A program made the translations under genes and the position numbers. Below are positions 58,694 to 64,000 of a DNA stretch of 64,000 bases, in pieces. The stretch lies in sequence record OR529409.1, one strand, 5' to 3'. The notes below the pieces were generated by a model. It did not search any database, was not told where the DNA came from, and worked only from the letters and a program-made list of their open reading frames with translations. Position 1 is the first letter of the stretch, and the number at the start of each line of letters is the position of its first letter.

Positions 58694-58902
58694 TCGATTT
58701 CTTTTTCGCTCCGGTTTCTAAGGGATGGTTTATCGTTCAGGTCATGTGCACGGTTTACGTTTTACTAAAATGCGTGACATCCTACATTGAATACTCTAAG
58801 AACCCAAATAAAGCCGATCTGATCGTTTATTGGATTCAGGCTGGGTTGGGAATAGTCGTAACGACAAAAACTATCTGTTTCTTGGCAGCTGGGAGTTTTT
58901 AA
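58690..58902 (+). CDS. Small membrane protein
   Basis: Two hydrophobic segments. Confidence 0.65.
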   Translation: MIDFFFAPVSKGWFIVQVMCTVYVLLKCVTSYIEYSKNPNKADLIVYWIQAGLGIVVTTKTICFLAAGSF

Positions 58903-59217
58903 ATGAAAAGTGTTCCTGAGTTAAGTAAATTGAACGATGTTTACGCTTGGGTTCGTCGTATAAATGAGCACTGCCCCAGACTGTGGGTAGAGGGTTATAT
59001 GGTGATCGGTAATATAAATCAGCCGGTTTTATTCTCAACCTTTGTGGATATGGCCTGTTTGCATCATCAGTGGGACCGTCTGTTCGCTGATAAAGAATTC
59101 CTTTTGGAAGATAAACTCGTATTAAGGGTGAAGTGCCCCCAATCAACCAGAGATAAACTCAGACGCTTGAAAATTCACAGTACCCTGGAGGTTCCTCTGG
59201 TATGGAACATGAATTAA
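58903..59217 (+). CDS. Hypothetical protein
   Basis: Abuts previous stop. Confidence 0.65.
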   Translation: MKSVPELSKLNDVYAWVRRINEHCPRLWVEGYMVIGNINQPVLFSTFVDMACLHHQWDRLFADKEFLLEDKLVLRVKCPQSTRDKLRRLKIHSTLEVPLVWNMN

Positions 59218-59540
59218 AGATATCTTTGGCGAGTTACGGAAGATTAACTATATTAAACCCACTCAGGGGGATCATAGGGCATTTTGTCCCAAGATTTATA
59301 GTAGAGTGGTCAGTAGAAGAAAGAACGCTCAGATTCCGTCCTAGCGACACTGAGGGGAATAAGTATTATAAAGGGTTTATTAAGTTAAGTCCTACCGCAT
59401 GCGTCCATTTAATAGCACCTATTCTTAGAAAAGCAGAATACGGTAAAAAGATGGATAACCCAGATATCGTCGAAGTTCTCGGACATACTGTCACGATCAA
59501 AGTCAAAGAACAAGACGGCTGGTATTGCGCACAATTTTAA
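59202..59540 (+). CDS. Hypothetical protein
   Basis: ggagg RBS. Confidence 0.65.
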   Translation: MEHELKISLASYGRLTILNPLRGIIGHFVPRFIVEWSVEERTLRFRPSDTEGNKYYKGFIKLSPTACVHLIAPILRKAEYGKKMDNPDIVEVLGHTVTIKVKEQDGWYCAQF

Positions 59541-59568
59541 CTCGAGTATCAATTTAGGAAAAAATATC

Positions 59569-60018
59569 ATGCAATTAGATAACATTTGGTTTTTCGGCAT
59601 AGACGCAGAAGATCTAGAAAATTTTAAAGCGATCTTTACCGTAGAAGGGTTAAAGGAACCCTTTGATTTTAATTTCATTCCCTTCACCATTTCGCCTCAG
59701 TCGATGATCGTTCACACTAAAGAACTGACGATCACGCTTTACCCCGTTAAAGAGAAAATTTTATTAAATGGTAAAGTAGAACAAACGATCTTTAAAGGTT
59801 CCGACGGAAGGTTGTATTTTAACTTGGGTTCGATTATCCAGGTGATGAATAGGCAAATAGCCGCCTTCGTAGCCAAATCCTTTTCTGGGTTTAATAAGCT
59901 GGGTTGGTTTATTAAAGAGATCGACGGAAGTTTTATCCTATTCAACGTCCAGAGCTTCAGTGACGAGGGGTTGATTAAACTGTATCGATCCTCTAGCGTA
60001 ACCGATAGCTCTAATTAA
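59569..60018 (+). CDS. Hypothetical protein
   Basis: tagga RBS plus leader. Confidence 0.7.
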   Translation: MQLDNIWFFGIDAEDLENFKAIFTVEGLKEPFDFNFIPFTISPQSMIVHTKELTITLYPVKEKILLNGKVEQTIFKGSDGRLYFNLGSIIQVMNRQIAAFVAKSFSGFNKLGWFIKEIDGSFILFNVQSFSDEGLIKLYRSSSVTDSSN

Positions 60019-60027
60019 GGAAACCCT

Positions 60028-60219
60028 ATGGTAATCTCAAACGCTGTTATCGTGTTGGTGGTTTGGCTCACCGTTATCCCTCTCTTAATCTGGGAGACTC
60101 GTAACGACGGTTACAAGCCGTTGAAGCGCTATATCTTCATCGTCATATGGCCTATCTCTGCGGTAGGGATATTTGCGCATATAGTCTGGCAACTCCTGAA
60201 ATATAAAGGATGGAAATAA
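60028..60219 (+). CDS. Small membrane protein
   Basis: Two TM; IVIWP. Confidence 0.7.
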   Translation: MVISNAVIVLVVWLTVIPLLIWETRNDGYKPLKRYIFIVIWPISAVGIFAHIVWQLLKYKGWK

Positions 60220-60566
60220 TGGGAATATTCTACGCCGGGTTAATCCTTATTACCGGCCTTTTATTCGGGGTGGGATACTTGCTCTTTAAAAAGAGAAAAG
60301 ACCCGCAGCTGGTATACTGGGACGACTGGATAAAACTTCATTGGAAGAAGTTTTTAATTGTCTTAATGATCTCGCTGGGTGCTTATACTCTAATTTGTAT
60401 CAAGCCCCTTTACCACACAACCAAATGTTATTTCTACGGTAAAACGTATAAGACATATACCGAATACAGTTGGATTCTTGGCGAGTGTTTGTATAAAGGT
60501 AAGACAGGGGCGATGTTGCCTTTGCAGATCACTCGAGATAATCCAGACGGAGACGTCGAGGAGTAG
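60210..60566 (+). CDS. Membrane protein
   Basis: Two TM plus Cys-containing exported part. Confidence 0.7.
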   Translation: MEIMGIFYAGLILITGLLFGVGYLLFKKRKDPQLVYWDDWIKLHWKKFLIVLMISLGAYTLICIKPLYHTTKCYFYGKTYKTYTEYSWILGECLYKGKTGAMLPLQITRDNPDGDVEE

Positions 60567-60569
60567 AAC

Positions 60570-60998
60570 ATGATTTGGGTAAAACAAGCCTGTTCGTTAT
60601 GGTACGAAAAAAGAACATTGAAGGACTGGGGAACGATTCTTACGTTTATTAGCATGTTCGGTCTGATTGTAGCGCTATGTGTAAGCTTTGCAACCAGTTC
60701 TGTTCTTTGGCTAACGTTATGTCTGATCAATATGGTGTTGATGTTTTCTTTCGGGCCTTTATTCGACTGGCTGCACAAAAACAAATCTACGATCGCAATG
60801 AGAGTAGAGCGTGAAAGGATGTTAAAAGACCCTTTCGACAGCATGGTTCACGCTTATTTAGAAACCGACGGGTCTAGCGTCGACGAATTACTCGATGTGC
60901 TCTGCATGACTCCTGAATCTTTACAGGAAAAGATTAAGAGTCGGGATCTTAGGATTAAGATCATCAACGCGTTAGTTAAAATGAAACAGGAAAAATAA
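60570..60998 (+). CDS. Membrane protein
   Basis: Two TM segments. Confidence 0.7.
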   Translation: MIWVKQACSLWYEKRTLKDWGTILTFISMFGLIVALCVSFATSSVLWLTLCLINMVLMFSFGPLFDWLHKNKSTIAMRVERERMLKDPFDSMVHAYLETDGSSVDELLDVLCMTPESLQEKIKSRDLRIKIINALVKMKQEK

Positions 60999-61862
60999 AT
61001 GAAAACGCCAGAACAGCAGTATTTGGATTTAGGTGAACGTATTTTAGAAGAAGGTGTTTGGGTTGAGAACAAACGTACCGGGGAGCGCTGTTTAACCGTA
61101 ATCAACGCCGATCTGGAATACGACGTCGGTAACGGAATCGTTCCCGTTATTACGACTCGCCCCGTTCCTTATCGTGGGGGGATCGGAGAATTCATCGGTT
61201 ATCTCCAGGGGGTTGACAATGCGGCGGATTTAAGAGCACTGGGGTCTAATACCTGGAACGCCAATGCGAATGAAAACGAATCCTGGTTAAAAAATCCTCA
61301 TCGTAAAGGCGAAGATGACTTAGGTCGTATTTATGGTGTTCAGGGTCGTGATTGGACTAATCAATTCGGAGCGACATTTGATCAACTCAAGAAGATCATT
61401 AATAACCTTAAACAAGGTATTGATGATCGGGGGGAGATTATTACGTTCTGGAACCCGGGGGAATTCGAATATGGCTGCTTACGCCCCTGTATGCACACCC
61501 ATCACTTTTCTCTATTGGGCGACACACTACATCTTAACTCCTTCTCCAGAAGCTTTGATTTGCCGTTAGGTGGGCCGGCCAACCTACTACAAGCTTATTT
61601 ATTCTTACAACTGATTGCTCAGGTTTGTAATCTGAAGCCCGGTAAAGTTTATCATAAAGTGATAAACGCACATATCTACGAGAACCAGATCGAACTCTTT
61701 AAAAAGCAACTCAAACGGGTTCCTATTAAAGACGCCACTCAACTATGGATTAACCCAGATATTTGTAAGTTGGAAGATATCGATAAGATGACCAAGCACG
61801 ACGTTAAGCTTATCGGTTACTTCAGCGACTACGACCCGATCAAATATCCGTTTACGGTGTAA
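60999..61862 (+). CDS. thyA: Thymidylate synthase
   Basis: RTG; LGRIYGVQGR; DDRGEI..WNP; LRPCMH (catalytic Cys); RSFDLPLG; NAHIYENQ. Confidence 0.95.
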   Translation: MKTPEQQYLDLGERILEEGVWVENKRTGERCLTVINADLEYDVGNGIVPVITTRPVPYRGGIGEFIGYLQGVDNAADLRALGSNTWNANANENESWLKNPHRKGEDDLGRIYGVQGRDWTNQFGATFDQLKKIINNLKQGIDDRGEIITFWNPGEFEYGCLRPCMHTHHFSLLGDTLHLNSFSRSFDLPLGGPANLLQAYLFLQLIAQVCNLKPGKVYHKVINAHIYENQIELFKKQLKRVPIKDATQLWINPDICKLEDIDKMTKHDVKLIGYFSDYDPIKYPFTV

Positions 61863-61881
61863 CTCGCAATAAAACAAAAAC

Positions 61882-61913
61882 TTTATCCTACCTGGTAATC
61901 CAGGTAGGATAAA
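61882..61913. terminator. Bidirectional terminator-like hairpin between convergent thyA and DUF1353
   Basis: tttatcctacctgg-taat-ccaggtaggataaa. Confidence 0.75.
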
Positions 61914-61919
61914 TAAAGT

Positions 61920-62300
61920 TTATCTTTTTTGGATGACGTTGCCCTCAGCTTTACGTTTGGTAAAATGAGAGGAACCACAAAGTCGGACGAACACCCACAT
62001 TATTAGCCAATACCTGTAACTGAGTTTTAAACGATAACGCATATTGTCTCGGAAGAGATTGTCACACTCTTTCCTTTGGTATAACCCCGAGCCATACATG
62101 TAATCGTGCACAGCTGCAGCCGGGAAATATTTATAGTAAGCCGGGTATAAACCCTGGAGCCAACGAGGAACACTCGCCCCGTCCGTCACCAAACCTTTAG
62201 GGACGGTGACCTCTGGGGTCGGGTAATCTTCTCTGAACCGAAATTTATCCTCGGCTATAACGTAGTCAAGCGGGATGTCAGTAAAACTAAATTCTTCCAT
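61920..62300 (-). CDS. DUF1353-family protein
   Basis: VPKGLVTDGASVP..AAAVHDYMY..CD.LF..M. Confidence 0.88.
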   Translation of the reverse strand: MEEFSFTDIPLDYVIAEDKFRFREDYPTPEVTVPKGLVTDGASVPRWLQGLYPAYYKYFPAAAVHDYMYGSGLYQRKECDNLFRDNMRYRLKLSYRYWLIMWVFVRLCGSSHFTKRKAEGNVIQKR

Positions 62301-62422
62301 TTCGCTATTCTCTGAATTAGTTAGTAATAAACGATCATAGCATTTTAGGCTTTCGACACATAGAAGTTTTCAGTTCTATATTACTGTTATGTAAACACAA
62401 CCTATCATTTAGGAAAGATACC

Positions 62423-62968
62423 ATGAAGCTCGTTAATCAAAAAGTTTATATTGTTAAGCCAGGCGATACGCTGTCAGAGATAGCAAACCATTTTTGTGGG
62501 AATCCTGCTATCGGATACGATATAGCTGAGGACAACGGCATTATCAACGCCGGACTCATCTATCAAGGGCAAAGAATCTGGATAAGGGAGGAATTCCTAA
62601 AGGAAGAATTTCGTCACGGACTTAAGGATGAAATCCGCACGACCTCTGCTCGGTCAGGTGGATTAATAAAAATAACCGAAGACCTTGTTGTTAAAAGTTT
62701 TGGTGGGGTCAACGTTACAGAATCCGATTTCTGTAGTGCGAAATCTCGGGAACTTGGTATCTTCGACGCTTTCTTTTACGTAGTGTCGTCGAAAGAGGAG
62801 CTGAACGGTGTCGCGGGAATCATGGTAGTTAACAATAAGGGATCCTATTTCTTTCTAGTGTTGAATGACGTCGGGGGCGTAGTATCGTTTTATCCGGCTG
62901 AACGATTTGACATGGGGTTTATGGTTAGTGTAAAAGGCGCTTTACAATTATCGAAGACTTTAGTCTAA
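62423..62968 (+). CDS. LysM-domain protein
   Basis: YIVKPGDTLSEIA..IAEDNGI.NAGLIYQGQRI. Confidence 0.85.
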   Translation: MKLVNQKVYIVKPGDTLSEIANHFCGNPAIGYDIAEDNGIINAGLIYQGQRIWIREEFLKEEFRHGLKDEIRTTSARSGGLIKITEDLVVKSFGGVNVTESDFCSAKSRELGIFDAFFYVVSSKEELNGVAGIMVVNNKGSYFFLVLNDVGGVVSFYPAERFDMGFMVSVKGALQLSKTLV

Positions 62969-62989
62969 TTAACAATAAGGAATAACATC

Positions 62990-63367
62990 ATGTATGACGT
63001 TACTGTTTACCATTTCTCACGTCAGGAATTGGAAGAGAAAGATCAGGATTTCTTCGAGGACCTGACTAAGAACGAAGGTTGGGTAGAAGACATCGAAGAT
63101 ATTGAAATGGCGCTGGGTTCGAGGGAGGATTGCATTGAAGGCCAAGAGTTCAGATTACCCGTCTCGGCTTTAGATATCCTGGAAACGAAATGGGAAGAGC
63201 GTTTTGACAAAGGCATTTGTCTGGCGCCAGCTATTTACTATTTCTCGCCCGAATGCATTGAATCTGTATGTCGTGATCTTTCCGATCATGGTGCTCGGCA
63301 GACTGTTCTCTTAGCGGAGTACCTGCGGGACATTCCCGATACTGAGATTGTCGTTATCGAAATCTAA
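62990..63367 (+). CDS. Acidic hypothetical protein
   Basis: aagga RBS plus leader. Confidence 0.7.
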   Translation: MYDVTVYHFSRQELEEKDQDFFEDLTKNEGWVEDIEDIEMALGSREDCIEGQEFRLPVSALDILETKWEERFDKGICLAPAIYYFSPECIESVCRDLSDHGARQTVLLAEYLRDIPDTEIVVIEI

Positions 63368-63432
63368 TTGCTGTGTAGTCGTTGGTAGTTCTTTTGGGGG
63401 CCTTCGGGCCCTCCTTTTTTAAGGAAAGTAAA

Positions 63433-63873
63433 ATGCGGGAAGATAGAAATATTTATCGTAACACGGCTTATATCAACGATCGTTATGAGAGGATAGGCGA
63501 TGCAGTAGAGGTAACACTATTTTCTTTTTCGACGTTTGAAATAGAGCAGGAAATTGTGTTTGAGTGGGTTAAGAAAAATCCCGCTATCAAGCTCGAACTT
63601 TACCGAGGTCTGAGTGATAAAGATTCTCCAGTAAATATCTGCGGGTCCGTTACTAATATAAGGATCAACCCCCTAGATTTCAAAGTCACTGGTACGGTTC
63701 GACCCGAAGGAAGAATGCGCAAAATACTGGAAGATACCATCAATCGGCATCAGCCTGTCACCATTAACATGCGAGGGATATTTGATTTTAGACATTCCGT
63801 TTATCGTTGTACTGAAATCAAAGGTCTGGTGCTAATGTCTGACTTTAGTGCCTTTCGTAAAAGGAGCATTTAA
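63433..63873 (+). CDS. Hypothetical protein, possibly degenerate prohead-protease fold
   Basis: Start moved to ATG after aagga; VTGTVRPEG..INMRG pattern. Confidence 0.6.
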   Translation: MREDRNIYRNTAYINDRYERIGDAVEVTLFSFSTFEIEQEIVFEWVKKNPAIKLELYRGLSDKDSPVNICGSVTNIRINPLDFKVTGTVRPEGRMRKILEDTINRHQPVTINMRGIFDFRHSVYRCTEIKGLVLMSDFSAFRKRSI

Positions 63874-63961
63874 CTTCCATAATTTTTTAAATCGATATTA
63901 CCGCTGTGTCTCAAACAAAAACTTTTTAGGTTGTTTTAACATCACTTAGGAGTACGCCCGT

Positions 63962-64000
63962 ATGCGTTATCAACATTTTTCTATTGTCTCTTCCAAAGAA
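63962..64000 (+). CDS. 5' end of a gene truncated by the window edge
   Basis: aggag RBS then MRYQHFSIVSSKE. Confidence 0.5.
   Translation, partial: MRYQHFSIVSSKE

Overview
This 64-kb window reads as part of a large lytic myophage genome, most likely a phiKZ-like (Chimalliviridae-type) jumbo phage of a capsulated enterobacterium such as Klebsiella. That placement is inferred: no core marker gene (chimallin, RNAP subunits, terminase, capsid) lies in the window. Supporting signs are very dense, almost entirely + strand genes, long intergenic hairpins and repeated intergenic TATTAC motifs. 1-17.6 kb holds seven tailspike/depolymerase-like genes: six in tandem (the first truncated by the window edge) and one inverted. 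The six complete ones share a ~60-aa N-terminal anchor. A phoH-GNAT-GNAT-hypothetical block sits between the tandem array and the inverted copy. 17.7-64 kb is an early/accessory region of ~95 mostly small genes. It includes nucleotide and cofactor metabolism (folA, thyA, MazG-like, nadR+pnuC, DEDD exonuclease, two metallophosphoesterases) and candidate counter-defence genes (DUF2829/Tad2-like, RyR-domain protein, orphan HigA-like antitoxin). It also carries an SPFH lipoprotein, a Bcs1-like AAA ATPase, LysM and DUF1353 proteins, and many secreted or membrane proteins. The most unusual element is a three-gene secreted, usher-less pilin/chaperone-like module at 30.6-31.9 kb. No tRNA, rRNA, CRISPR array, integrase or transposase was recognised. 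All family assignments come from motif recognition by eye, not database searches.
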